NCBI GenBank assembly: GCA_048887165.1 | Contig: JBHLJZ010000003.1 | Coordinates: 30,311 to 94,310 of the forward strand | Direction of reading: 5' to 3' | Length of the DNA: 64,000 bases | Source of the DNA: Candidatus Hodarchaeota archaeon | Lineage (GTDB): Archaea; Asgardarchaeota; Lokiarchaeia; Sigyniarchaeales; SOKP01 | Shown here: piece by piece, positions 10,099 through 20,457 of the stretch | How positions within the stretch are numbered: the first letter of the stretch is position 1 | Layout: each line of letters starts with the position of its first letter | The notes under the pieces: generated by a model | Database searches by the model: none | What the model saw: only the letters and a program-made list of their open reading frames with translations | What the model was told of the DNA's origin: nothing | Position numbers and translations under genes: made by a program

Positions 10099-10494
10099 AT
10101 GGATTACAAATTTCCTGAAGACTTAAAATATACTCCTTCTCATGAATGGGTAAGAATTGAAGATAACATTGCGATTGTTGGAATTACTGATTATGCTCAA
10201 CATCAGTTAGGAGATATTGTGTTTGTAGAACTTCCTGTTATAGGTGTTGTTTTTGAAAAGGGTAGTAATGCTGCCGAAATAGAATCAGTAAAAGCTGTTG
10301 GCGACCTAATTATGCCTTTATCCGGAGAAATACTTGAAATTAATATAAAATTATCAGATAATCCAGAGTTGGTAAATTCTTCACCTTTCGAAGATGGATG
10401 GATTATAAAAATAAGAATATCTCATCCAAATGAAGTAAATGAGTTATTATCAGCCATTAAATATAAACAATTAGTAGAAAGTGAAGAAAAATAG
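10099..10494 (+). CDS. gcvH: Glycine cleavage system H protein
   Basis: HEWV, GITDYAQHQLGDIVFVELP, lipoyl-Lys motif ESVKA. Confidence 0.97.
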   Translation: MDYKFPEDLKYTPSHEWVRIEDNIAIVGITDYAQHQLGDIVFVELPVIGVVFEKGSNAAEIESVKAVGDLIMPLSGEILEINIKLSDNPELVNSSPFEDGWIIKIRISHPNEVNELLSAIKYKQLVESEEK

Positions 10495-10539
10495 AATTTT
10501 ATTTATTTATATTGATTTTTTTAATATTGTAATAATGAA

Positions 10540-11898
10540 GTGGTCGAAGTGGATTTTATACCTCATGATGATAAAACTGTTTCTGAAATGCTAGATAAAA
10601 TTGGGGTTCAGTCATTAGATGAATTATTTCAAGATATTCCAAAAGATTTACTGATTAGTAAATTTAATTTACCTGAGGGGTTATCAGAACCGGATCTTTT
10701 AAGTCAATTAATTAATTTATCCAAAAAAAATAAGCGATATTCTCATTCATTTTTAGGCGCTGGTTGTTATTATCATTATATTCCTTCATTAGTTGATTTC
10801 ATAATCGGTCGTCCAGAATTTTACACATCATATACACCATATCAAGCTGAAGCTAGCCAAGGTTATCTTCAAGCAATATATGAATACCAAACCATTATTT
10901 CTCGCCTAACAGGTATGGATATAGCAAATGCTAGTATGTATGATGGATCTACTGCACTAGCTGAAGCTGCTATAATGGCTACAATTGTTACTGGAAGAAA
11001 AAAAGTTTTAATTCTTGAAGGGCTGCATCCTGAATATATTCAAGTTATTAAAACCTATTGCTGGGGCCAGAACTTAAATTATGAATTTATAAACTTTAAT
11101 ATTATAGAAGATAAATTAGATGAAGGAGTAGCTGCTGTGATATTTCAAAATCCAAATTTTTTTGGAGAAGTCAAGGATATTGATGAACTAGTCAATCAAA
11201 TCAGAGAAAAATCTACTAATTGTCTAATTATTCAAGGTATGACTGATCCAACTTGTTTAGGAATTTTAAAACCTCCCGGAGAAACCGATATTGATATTTT
11301 TGTTGCTGAGGGACAAGCATTTGGTATTGATCCTTCATTTGGAGGCCCTGGACTTGGAATCTTTACCGCAAAACAAAAATTTCTAAGAAAAATGCCGGGA
11401 CGATTAGTGGGTAAAACAAAAGAGCTTTTCGGTGAGAAAGAAGGATTTATTTTAACATTACAAGCTCGTGAACAACATATTCGTAGAGAAAAAGCAAGTT
11501 CAAACATATGTACTAACCAAGCACTATGTTCATTATCCGCACTTATTTATCTCTTATCTTTAGGCAAAACTGGATTGCATGAAATTGCAAAACAAAACTT
11601 TCAGAAATCACACTTCGTTAAAAGTGAAATTGCAAAGATCCCAGGATATGAAATTATAAGCAAAAACCCAACCTACAATGAGTTTGTATTAAAATGTCCA
11701 AATCTTAAAGCCTTTTTAAAAGAATGTGAATTAGCTGAACTTTTACCGCCACTAAATCTCTCATATTATTTTCCAAAAATGGAAAATTTAGCATTAGTTT
11801 GTGTAACTGAAATGAATTCTAGAGATTCTATTGAAAAATTGATTAGGGCTGCAATAAATGCCACCAATAACAAAAGGGAGGAGGATAAAAATGAATAG
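10540..11898 (+). CDS. gcvPA: Glycine dehydrogenase subunit 1
   Basis: FYTSYTPYQAEASQG, NASMYDG, FGGP, LQAREQHIRREKASSNICTNQ. Confidence 0.96.
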   Translation: MVEVDFIPHDDKTVSEMLDKIGVQSLDELFQDIPKDLLISKFNLPEGLSEPDLLSQLINLSKKNKRYSHSFLGAGCYYHYIPSLVDFIIGRPEFYTSYTPYQAEASQGYLQAIYEYQTIISRLTGMDIANASMYDGSTALAEAAIMATIVTGRKKVLILEGLHPEYIQVIKTYCWGQNLNYEFINFNIIEDKLDEGVAAVIFQNPNFFGEVKDIDELVNQIREKSTNCLIIQGMTDPTCLGILKPPGETDIDIFVAEGQAFGIDPSFGGPGLGIFTAKQKFLRKMPGRLVGKTKELFGEKEGFILTLQAREQHIRREKASSNICTNQALCSLSALIYLLSLGKTGLHEIAKQNFQKSHFVKSEIAKIPGYEIISKNPTYNEFVLKCPNLKAFLKECELAELLPPLNLSYYFPKMENLALVCVTEMNSRDSIEKLIRAAINATNNKREEDKNE

Positions 11899-13327
11899 TA
11901 AAATTACTCTAATATTCGAAAAAAAGGTAAGAGCTACCCAAAATAATTTTGTCCCTAAAACAGATATAGGTGAAATTCCTTTAGATAATATTATTCCTAA
12001 AAAATATCAAAGAAATAAACTCAACATACCAGATATTCCTGAAGTTGAGATAGTTCGTCATTATATCGCTCTTAGTAAAAAAAATTATGGAGTAGATACT
12101 GGGATTTATCCATTAGGGTCCTGTACCATGAAATATAACCCTAAAATAAATGAAGTAGTAGCAAGATTACCAGGTTTTGCACAAATTCATCCGTTACAAG
12201 AAAATAATCAAGGAGCCTTAGAATTAATTTATAAAATATCAAAATTTTTGAAAGAAATTACAGGGATGGATGGATTTACAATGCAACCTGCTGCTGGGGC
12301 TCATGGAGAATTAGTCGGACTATTAATTATAAAAAAATACTTTGAAAGCAAGGGTCTTAAGAAGAATAAGATTGTCGTGCCTGATTCTGCTCATGGTACT
12401 AACCCTGCATCTGCTAAAATGGCAGGCTTTTCGATTATAGAATTACAATCTAATGAAAATGGAGAAGTTCCCCTTGATCAACTAGAGTTTGCGATGAGTC
12501 AAGGAGATGTTGCAGGGATAATGTTAACAAATCCAAATACACTTGGTATTTTCGATAGGCAAATTCAAGAAATAACTGAAATTGTTCATAAATACGAAGG
12601 ATTATGTTATTATGATGGGGCAAATTTAAATCCAATGTTAGGAATTTGTAGGCCTAGAGATATGGGTTTTGATATTATTCATCTGAATTTACATAAAACT
12701 TTCTCTACTCCACACGGGGGTGGTGGTCCTGGATCAGGACCAGTTGGAGTCATTGACGAGCTAGTGCAATTTCTACCTGAACCTTGTTTAATTTCTTCAA
12801 AAGAAGGAATTAAGTGTCAAGAAAGCAATAATAAATCAATTGGACGAATCAAAGCATTCTGGGGAAACTTTGGTATTATAGTTCGAGCATATTCTTATAT
12901 TTTAGCATTAGGAGCAGAAGGACTTAGAAGAGTAGGACAAATTTCTGTTTTGAATGCAAACTATTTGCGAATTTTATTGAAAAATAAGTATAATCTTCCC
13001 TATAATCGAATTTGTCAACATGAATTTGTGTTATCTGATAAAAATCTTCCAAATGAAATCACTACTGAAGATATAGCAAAAAGAATCCTCGATTATGGTT
13101 ATTATGCTCCAACAATCTATTTTCCATTAATAGTTGATGGGGCGATGATGATTGAACCAACAGAAACTGAAACTAAGGACTCTTTAGATAAATTCTCTGA
13201 AACTATGTTAAAAATATATGACGAAGCAGAAAGTAACCCTGAAATTCTTAAAAAGGCACCTCAATGCACACCAGTTGGGCGATTAGACGCCGTTTCAGCA
13301 GCAAGAAAACCTGTTTTAAAAGAATAA
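11891..13327 (+). CDS. gcvPB: Glycine dehydrogenase subunit 2
   Basis: PLGSCTMKYNP, QPAAGAHGE, SAHGTNPAS, PLP-Lys motif HLNLHKTF. Start placed at ATG 11891 after GGAGGAGG, overlapping the gcvPA end. Confidence 0.95.
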   Translation: MNSKITLIFEKKVRATQNNFVPKTDIGEIPLDNIIPKKYQRNKLNIPDIPEVEIVRHYIALSKKNYGVDTGIYPLGSCTMKYNPKINEVVARLPGFAQIHPLQENNQGALELIYKISKFLKEITGMDGFTMQPAAGAHGELVGLLIIKKYFESKGLKKNKIVVPDSAHGTNPASAKMAGFSIIELQSNENGEVPLDQLEFAMSQGDVAGIMLTNPNTLGIFDRQIQEITEIVHKYEGLCYYDGANLNPMLGICRPRDMGFDIIHLNLHKTFSTPHGGGGPGSGPVGVIDELVQFLPEPCLISSKEGIKCQESNNKSIGRIKAFWGNFGIIVRAYSYILALGAEGLRRVGQISVLNANYLRILLKNKYNLPYNRICQHEFVLSDKNLPNEITTEDIAKRILDYGYYAPTIYFPLIVDGAMMIEPTETETKDSLDKFSETMLKIYDEAESNPEILKKAPQCTPVGRLDAVSAARKPVLKE

Positions 13328-13331
13328 TAAA

Positions 13332-13355
13332 AAATAGAAAATTAATTTTCTATTT
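13332..13355. terminator. Perfect 24-bp palindrome between convergent genes; possible bidirectional terminator or protein-binding site
   Basis: AAATAGAAAATTAATTTTCTATTT is its own reverse complement and lies between the gcvPB and MTAP stop codons. Confidence 0.4.
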
Positions 13356-13359
13356 CAAA

Positions 13360-14223
13360 TCATAGCAATGCATTTTTAAGTGAATGATGACAACGGCACG
13401 TTCTTTCAGTATCTATCTTTATTATAGTAAGTTCAAGTAGTCTTCTTAAATTATATTCGTTTTTTTTTAGGGTATCTAAAACCTCAGGCACATTAACAGA
13501 TATTTTATTTATCTTACTTCCACACTTATTACACCTTTGAGCAAATTCAACTATACCGCATCGAGGACATTCACCTGCCCAAACATCAAGATCAGTTACC
13601 ATTGCTATACAACAATAACAAATCTCCTTTTCAGCAGCCAATACTGCTTCAGGATATGTTGTCATTCCTATTACATCACCACCCCATTGGCGGAAAATTT
13701 TAGATTCTGCTCTAGTTGAAAATCTTGGTCCTTCGATGCAAACATAAGTCCCACCAATTTGAATATCTAAACCCAGCTGTTCTCCAGAAATGTAAAATAA
13801 ATTGTTTAAATATTCGCAATAAGCATCAGCTTGACTAATATGACATAACTGACCGCCTTCGTAGAAAGTTTCAGCTCTTTTTTTTGTTCTATCGATATAT
13901 TGATCTACTAAAATAAATTTACTTTTATTATGTTCCTTTTTAAGAGATCCAACTGCTGATGGAGATATAATACACTTTACACCTAATTCTTTTAAAGCCC
14001 AAATATTTGCTAAATAATTTATATTATGTGGAGGAATTGAATGACCTATTCCATGTCTAGGAAAATATGCCACTTTTTTATCTTTAAAATCACCAATAGT
14101 TATTGCTGCCGATGTATTCCCGTATGGAGTATACATTTTTATATCTTTTTTATTTTCAAGATTTATATTCGAACCAGTCCCGCCTATAATTCCTATCTCA
14201 ACTTTATTTCCTTCATATTTCAT
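13360..14223 (-). CDS. mtnP: 5'-methylthioadenosine phosphorylase family, paralog 1, with Cys4 insertion
   Basis: IGIIGGTG, TPYG, RHG, SAVGSL, EGPRFSTRAES, GMT, TDLD. Confidence 0.85.
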   Translation of the reverse strand: MKYEGNKVEIGIIGGTGSNINLENKKDIKMYTPYGNTSAAITIGDFKDKKVAYFPRHGIGHSIPPHNINYLANIWALKELGVKCIISPSAVGSLKKEHNKSKFILVDQYIDRTKKRAETFYEGGQLCHISQADAYCEYLNNLFYISGEQLGLDIQIGGTYVCIEGPRFSTRAESKIFRQWGGDVIGMTTYPEAVLAAEKEICYCCIAMVTDLDVWAGECPRCGIVEFAQRCNKCGSKINKISVNVPEVLDTLKKNEYNLRRLLELTIIKIDTERTCRCHHSLKNALL

Positions 14224-14321
14224 GATTATTTCAAATTGTTTTTATTTTTATTAAAATAAAATAAAATAAAATTTGAGCAATTTTAAATATTATAAATATA
14301 ATAATTCTAAAATTTTAAAAA

Positions 14322-15080
14322 GTGAATACCATGGTTAAAATAGGAATAATTGGAGGTTCAGGTTTGGATAATCCTGACATTTTGAAAGACGCTAGAGATA
14401 TAGAAATTGATACTCAATATGGAAAACCAACTTCTCCTTTAAAAATAGGAAAGATTCATGATATTGATGTTATTCTAATAGCAAGACATGGTCGTGAACA
14501 TACTATTCCTCCAACGAAAGTAAATTACAGGGCTAACATTCAAGCTTTAAAAGATCAAGGGTGTACTCATATCTTAGCTACAACTGCTTGCGGCAGTTTG
14601 AGATTAGAAATTGAGAGGGGTGATTTAGTCATTATTGATCAATTCATTGACTTTACGAGGTTGAGAAAAATAACTTTTTTTGAAGAATTTCCACCTGGTG
14701 ATGCTAAACACACTGCAATGGCTTACCCTTACTCAGAAGAGTTAAGAAAGATTTTAATTGAAACAGCAAAGGAACTTAATCTAAAATATCATAAAAAAGG
14801 AACTGTGATTACAATTGAAGGACCAAGATTTTCAACTAGAGCAGAATCGGAAATGTTTAGGATTTGGGGAGCAGATGTGGTTAATATGAGTATCGCTCCT
14901 GAAACAATTTTAGCAAATGAAGCCGGAATTCCATATGCAGCTGTTGCTATGTCTACAGATTATGATTGTTGGAAAGACGATGAAGCTCCTGTAACTTGGG
15001 AGGAAATCTTACAAATTTTTAGTAAGAATGTAAATAATGTTATTGCTTTATTGACTAATGCAATAAAAAAAATAAAATAA
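14322..15080 (+). CDS. mtnP: 5'-methylthioadenosine phosphorylase family, paralog 2
   Basis: IGIIGGSG, ARHG, ACGSL, EGPRFSTRAES, VNMS, TDYDCW. The true start may be ATG 14331. Confidence 0.9.
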   Translation: MNTMVKIGIIGGSGLDNPDILKDARDIEIDTQYGKPTSPLKIGKIHDIDVILIARHGREHTIPPTKVNYRANIQALKDQGCTHILATTACGSLRLEIERGDLVIIDQFIDFTRLRKITFFEEFPPGDAKHTAMAYPYSEELRKILIETAKELNLKYHKKGTVITIEGPRFSTRAESEMFRIWGADVVNMSIAPETILANEAGIPYAAVAMSTDYDCWKDDEAPVTWEEILQIFSKNVNNVIALLTNAIKKIK

Positions 15081-15275
15081 AAATATCCCATATAAAAAAC
15101 TCCTTTTTCTTTTTTAATTAACTCTTCTTCACGAGTGCAATTTTAACAAAATAAATGATAACGTTATATAATTTGTTTCTCATAAGAAATTATGATTTTT
15201 AATAAAAAGATTGATATTTTTTGATTGTTTTAACTATGTAAATACATCTTAATTTTTATTTAGGATTTTTAATTC

Positions 15276-16583
15276 ATGGTAAATATATCTTTTTTAGGGG
15301 GTTGCAGAGAAGTAGGCCGATCTGCAATTCTAATTGAGTCAAAAAGTGGTAGTAAATGCATTTTAGATTATGGAGTACGATTTAATAATGATAATCGTCT
15401 ACCATATAACGGTAATATTGACAATCTTAAAGCAATAGCATTATCTCACTGTCATATCGATCATTCTGGAGGATTACCTTATCTCTATAAGAAATTTGAA
15501 GTACCACTCTTCACTAATTCGATAACGTTAAGAATTTCTGAGATTTTATTAAAAGATATGATTAAAATTTCAAATTATCCTTACCCATTTGGATTTAGGG
15601 AATTAGAAAAATTACGTCGTAATGCAATTTTTCTTGATAATGGCATTAAGCAAAAAATTGATGAAAATTTTTATATTACCTTTTATGACGCTGGACACAT
15701 TCCTGGAAGTGTATCAATACTAATAGAAGTTGATCAAAAAAGGATATTCTATACTGGTGACATTAACACACTATCGACAAATTTAGTAAATTCTGCTAAT
15801 ACATCTAATATACCTGAAGTTGATGCATTAATAATTGAATCAACTTATGCATTAAAAGAACATCCTCCAAGAGACGAACTTGAAAGAGCTTTTATCGATA
15901 AGATAATAGATATAAGTGAAGATGGAGGAAAAGTCTTGATACCTGCTTTTGGGGTTGCTCGTTCTCAAGAAGTTCTGCTTATTTTGTATAAATATAATTT
16001 TAAAGGAGAAATTTTCTTAGATGGTCTTGCAAGAAAAATATCTTCAACTTATTTAAATTTTCCTTCCTTTTTGCGGAATTCTAAAACTTTTAAGTCAGCT
16101 TTAAAACGAACTAATTTTGTCTCAAAAAAGAATCGAAAGTTCATTGTAAATAAACCAGGTGGAATAGTTATATCTCCTTCTGGCATGTTAAAAGGAGGTG
16201 CTGCAATAGATTACATCCAGAGAATATTACACGACCCTTATTCAGGGATTTACATGGTGGGTTATCAAGTTGAGGGTACCCCTGGGAGAACCCTTTTAGA
16301 TGAAGGAATTTTTATCTATAAAGAAAATTTGAAACAAAATAGACTTAAAAACAAAAATCTCTCAATTAAAGCAGAATGTGATTTCGATTATTTTGATTTT
16401 TCTAGCCATGCAGATAAAGAACATCTTTATGGTTATATAAAAGATATAAAATTTCAAGATAACTCAAAATTCATGTTTTGTATTCATGGAGAAGAGAAAG
16501 CAACTACCAATATGGCTAAAGATTTCTCCAAAATGGGATATAATTCTGTTGCTCCAGAAACAGGAGAAACTTATAAAATATAG
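15276..16583 (+). CDS. MBL-fold beta-CASP ribonuclease (aCPSF-like, no KH domains)
   Basis: LGGCREVGRS, SHCHIDH, AGHIPG, YTGD, ESTY, FSSHAD, IHGE. Confidence 0.9.
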   Translation: MVNISFLGGCREVGRSAILIESKSGSKCILDYGVRFNNDNRLPYNGNIDNLKAIALSHCHIDHSGGLPYLYKKFEVPLFTNSITLRISEILLKDMIKISNYPYPFGFRELEKLRRNAIFLDNGIKQKIDENFYITFYDAGHIPGSVSILIEVDQKRIFYTGDINTLSTNLVNSANTSNIPEVDALIIESTYALKEHPPRDELERAFIDKIIDISEDGGKVLIPAFGVARSQEVLLILYKYNFKGEIFLDGLARKISSTYLNFPSFLRNSKTFKSALKRTNFVSKKNRKFIVNKPGGIVISPSGMLKGGAAIDYIQRILHDPYSGIYMVGYQVEGTPGRTLLDEGIFIYKENLKQNRLKNKNLSIKAECDFDYFDFSSHADKEHLYGYIKDIKFQDNSKFMFCIHGEEKATTNMAKDFSKMGYNSVAPETGETYKI

Positions 16584-16609
16584 AAATTAAAGAAAAGTTT
16601 TCCATATTA

Positions 16610-18124
16610 TCATTTTTTCAATTGTTTTTCTATCATCTTATCACAATTATTTAAAAAAGTCTCAATTTTATCAATAGGTACTTTTGTTCCTGCAGCTGGA
16701 GGGTGTCCTCCTCCCAAATAATCTAAATTTGAAAGTTCTAATGCTTTCCTGATCGTTTCTGAAAGATTTACTCCTTTATTTACCACTTTTTCATGTGCTC
16801 TTCCAGATATTTTATAAAACTCCTCATCTTTCCTTTTAGCATATCCGAAAATTGGCTTATTTATATCGATGATACCACTTTTATCGAAGATTAACATAGA
16901 AGCTATTGTACCGATAATATTTTCAGGAATAACATCTTCTCCATAAAAATATTGAATATGTTCCTTTTCTTGAATCTTCTTTTCTCTTTGAATCCATGAG
17001 AGCGCTTGCACAATCAATTTCTTATAATTTATCAAACTTTCTTGAGCTTTTTTGTAAGCATTCCGTCTATCACCCATTGCAACAGCAATACCTAATGAAC
17101 CATTATAACTTCTTCCACATGAATTTAGGAGATTTGAAAATTCACCTAAATCATGGAGTTCTGTCCCAACTATTTCATTTTTTAATAAATATCTATTAAT
17201 TATCAAATTCTTAATTACTTCACTTGGTTCCATATCAAGCTTTATAGAAGAATATTCAATTATAGCAGAAGAAATCTTTTGCTTTTCATCTTGATCCAAA
17301 TCATTTAAAGTTCTTATAGATCCCTCCAAATTTTCCATATAGATCCCTAATCTTTGGAGAAATTTTAACGTTTTATTAGGATTTCCAGTTAATCCAGGCA
17401 AATTAATAACTGAAGAAAAAGCAATAGCTTCATTTAAGGGTTTAATTGATGAGAAATTTAAATCATTTACTACTTCTATGAGATTAATATTTCTTGCATC
17501 TTCTAATATTAAGGAGTTCAACCCGATGAATGAATTGTTTGGTCCTTGATTTTGAATATCACCATTAGCTCCAATTAATGCGATAGCAGAGAGATCTAAA
17601 TTGTCATTATTTAATACTTTTGCGAAATAATAACATATTCCTGCTCCAGATACTTCAACACTTCCATCAATATTATAAAAGTAAGGATTTATATGCCAAG
17701 GGCTAGTTTTTAAATATATCTCTTTTAATAAATCATCATCCTTATTAGAAACATTTTGTGGTAAATGATGATCAAGAATAATAAAAGGTCTTAAGCTGTT
17801 ATCTATTTCAAGTTTTTTCATCAATTCTAAATATTGACCACTCCCAAAGTCTGAAAAAATTATAAAATTATTGAATTTATTAACTACTTCGCAAATTTTT
17901 AAAATATTCTCTCTCTCTAATTGTCTTAATATTGAAATTTGGAAAGGTATGTTTTCTCTATATAAAGCTTTTCCAAGTATCGCTCCCGAAGTTAATCCAT
18001 CAGCATCTAAATGAGTATAGATATGAATAGATGAATTATATTTTTTATAATTATTAAAAAGAAAGTCTTTTGTCTTTTTTAAATCTGATACTAGTTTTTC
18101 TACTTTTCCTTTTAATTCATTCAT
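16610..18124 (-). CDS. RecJ/GAN/Cdc45-like DHH exonuclease
   Basis: HLDADG, SDFGSG, LDHH, DHHA1 motif GGGHPPAAG. Confidence 0.9.
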   Translation of the reverse strand: MNELKGKVEKLVSDLKKTKDFLFNNYKKYNSSIHIYTHLDADGLTSGAILGKALYRENIPFQISILRQLERENILKICEVVNKFNNFIIFSDFGSGQYLELMKKLEIDNSLRPFIILDHHLPQNVSNKDDDLLKEIYLKTSPWHINPYFYNIDGSVEVSGAGICYYFAKVLNNDNLDLSAIALIGANGDIQNQGPNNSFIGLNSLILEDARNINLIEVVNDLNFSSIKPLNEAIAFSSVINLPGLTGNPNKTLKFLQRLGIYMENLEGSIRTLNDLDQDEKQKISSAIIEYSSIKLDMEPSEVIKNLIINRYLLKNEIVGTELHDLGEFSNLLNSCGRSYNGSLGIAVAMGDRRNAYKKAQESLINYKKLIVQALSWIQREKKIQEKEHIQYFYGEDVIPENIIGTIASMLIFDKSGIIDINKPIFGYAKRKDEEFYKISGRAHEKVVNKGVNLSETIRKALELSNLDYLGGGHPPAAGTKVPIDKIETFLNNCDKMIEKQLKK

Positions 18125-18208
18125 TTTTATTAAATTTTAATATAAACTTAATTTTATATATTAAATTAAGAAAATAATAATAAATACCCAATTAAAATTA
18201 ATAATTTA

Positions 18209-19213
18209 GTGATAAAAATGCACCACGTTAAAATAAATGACCTTGCATTAAAATTAGTTAAAAAAATAATAGAAAACAAAGAATTTTATAAAGCAAAGAT
18301 AAACTTATTAAATAATGGGGCTACGGTATTGGATATGACAAATGCTTCTTGGATGGGAGGTAAATTGGTCGGAGAAATATGTATGGGAGGCTTAGGAACA
18401 GTAGAGTTTACATCATATGATTTAGCTGGATATTATTTACCAGCTGTTAATGTGCATACTTCAGAGCCAATTATTTCCTGCTTAGCATCCCAATTAGCTG
18501 GCTGGTCGGTAAAATTAAAAAAAGAAGTAGAAAAGGATGGTAAAATTAAGAAGAAAGTCGTTTTTCAGTCTCTAGGCTCTGGTCCAGCTCGTGCTAAAGC
18601 TAAAACAGAAAAGCTATTTGAAGAGATAGTATATAAAGATAACTCAGATTGTGCTATAATATTTTTTGAAACCAGAAAAATGCCTAACGAAGAAGTGTTG
18701 GATATAGTAATTAACAACTGTAATGTTAGTCCGGAAAAAGCTTATGCATTATATGCCCCTACAGCTTGTATAACAGGCTCAATTCAAGTTGCAGCCAGAA
18801 TTGTCGAAACTGGAATTCATAAGCTCCATGAAATTCACTTCCCTTTAGATCTCATTAAGGATGGATTTGGAACAACCTCTATAGCTCCAATTGCTAAAGA
18901 TGATTTTGCTGCTATGGGTACAACAAATGACTCTATCATTGCAGGAGGAAGAACATTCTATACTATTGAAGTTGATAAAGAAAGGGAGAGAGAATTATTT
19001 GAATTGCTTAAAAAAGCACCTGCAAACCAATCTCCTAGTTATGGAAAACCATTTAACTTAATTTTTGAAGAAGCAGAATATGACTTTTATAAAATTGACC
19101 CTGGTTTATTTGCTCCAGCAACTTATACTGTAAATAATTTAAAAACGGGGAACATAATAACAGTAGGAGCAATAAATCATGATTTATTAAAAAAATCTTA
19201 TGGTTTAAGTTAA
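18209..19213 (+). CDS. mch: Methenyl-H4MPT cyclohydrolase
   Basis: ICMGGLG, SQLAGW, LGSGPARA, QVAARIVETGIHKL, MGTTND, DFYKIDPGLFAPA. Confidence 0.96.
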   Translation: MIKMHHVKINDLALKLVKKIIENKEFYKAKINLLNNGATVLDMTNASWMGGKLVGEICMGGLGTVEFTSYDLAGYYLPAVNVHTSEPIISCLASQLAGWSVKLKKEVEKDGKIKKKVVFQSLGSGPARAKAKTEKLFEEIVYKDNSDCAIIFFETRKMPNEEVLDIVINNCNVSPEKAYALYAPTACITGSIQVAARIVETGIHKLHEIHFPLDLIKDGFGTTSIAPIAKDDFAAMGTTNDSIIAGGRTFYTIEVDKERERELFELLKKAPANQSPSYGKPFNLIFEEAEYDFYKIDPGLFAPATYTVNNLKTGNIITVGAINHDLLKKSYGLS

Positions 19214-19272
19214 AATTAAACACTTTTAATTATTAATTAATCAAAAAATTTTTTTATTTATTTTGAAGAGGG

Positions 19273-20457
19273 CTAAAAATTTGTCAATTCTTCTTGATAT
19301 TTCAAAACTTCGGCTATAGATATATCTCTGTCAAATTTTATATCTTTATGAATTCCTAAATATGCACATGCTATATTTGCTGCTGCAACTATTTCAGCTT
19401 TCTTTAATGTAAGAGAATACTCATCAACCGTCTGAATTTTCTCATCCTCTTGAAATCTCCTCGAACGTATATTACTTTCTAAAAATCCTTCATCATTATA
19501 TCTAGCTTTTTCGTATCTTTGTTCTTGCATCTGAATAGCTCTTTCTGATTTCATTTTGTATAACAGAGAAGACATTTTATCAGCAACTTTGAAAGGTAAT
19601 TGATTCTTTACGATTAATCGAATTATATTATTAATGTCGAAATAATTCAAGGTATCATATTTAACCCGAATAAAGCTTTTAAGATTTTCAGAATTTCTTT
19701 CGCATTCTATCTCTGTCCAATCGTGGATAGCTAATCTTCTCCTAAAAAAAATAAGCTCCCAATCAATACTAAGTTCTTTTAAAAATTCAAATAACTTGTC
19801 ATCATCAGGTTTTCTTGATTCAATTATTATAAAGAGTTGAAGCCCGTAATATTTATGCTCTTGTTGTAGGAAAAATCCTCTTTGCTGCATTGAAGCAAGA
19901 ATTTTAATCTTTAAAGAATAAATATTATCAGTCACATTTTTTTTTCCACAACTTAAATAAATAATGTTTCCCTCTTCGCTGATATAATCACAATCTAAAA
20001 ATCCTAAAATGCTATCATCATTTTCTTTTACAAAATCTCTTAAACCACTTAAAGTGGGTCTTACATCGTATTTTATTAAATCATTTTCTCTAATAGTTAC
20101 ATAATCAGTATTGCTACTACCAATAGCTAATTTAATAGAATTAAGTTTTAACTCTTTTTCTTCACCAAACACATTTTGAAATGCTTCAATAAGAGGAAAT
20201 ACTTCTTCTTCCAGAATTTTCAAATCAGCAATAGAACTTTCATATGGCTCTGGTTCATTAAGCATTTTATTAATAATAGGAGCTTCTGACGCGTCGACGT
20301 CAATTTCGTAATCTTTTGCCAAATTTTTTCTTATTACACAAATAGATCTTCTTTTCTCATTATACATAGAGACTGACGTAGAATTATCCAAGACTGCTCG
20401 GAATTTTTCTGTAAATTTATTTTCTATTTTCTCTGATTTGTTACTTCTTCTTCTCAT
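19273..20457 (-). CDS. Hypothetical soluble protein
   Basis: 394-aa ORF with protein-like composition; no family recognised. Confidence 0.75.
   Translation of the reverse strand: MRRRSNKSEKIENKFTEKFRAVLDNSTSVSMYNEKRRSICVIRKNLAKDYEIDVDASEAPIINKMLNEPEPYESSIADLKILEEEVFPLIEAFQNVFGEEKELKLNSIKLAIGSSNTDYVTIRENDLIKYDVRPTLSGLRDFVKENDDSILGFLDCDYISEEGNIIYLSCGKKNVTDNIYSLKIKILASMQQRGFFLQQEHKYYGLQLFIIIESRKPDDDKLFEFLKELSIDWELIFFRRRLAIHDWTEIECERNSENLKSFIRVKYDTLNYFDINNIIRLIVKNQLPFKVADKMSSLLYKMKSERAIQMQEQRYEKARYNDEGFLESNIRSRRFQEDEKIQTVDEYSLTLKKAEIVAAANIACAYLGIHKDIKFDRDISIAEVLKYQEELTNF

Noticed and set aside
11858-11890. Longer gcvPB start given in the ORF track
   Set aside because: The extension is the translated RBS region; ATG 11891 follows GGAGGAGG and fits the family N-terminus.
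20287-20302. GC-rich near-palindrome TGACGCGTCGACGTCA
   Set aside because: Single occurrence inside a CDS (encodes DVDAS); likely chance.
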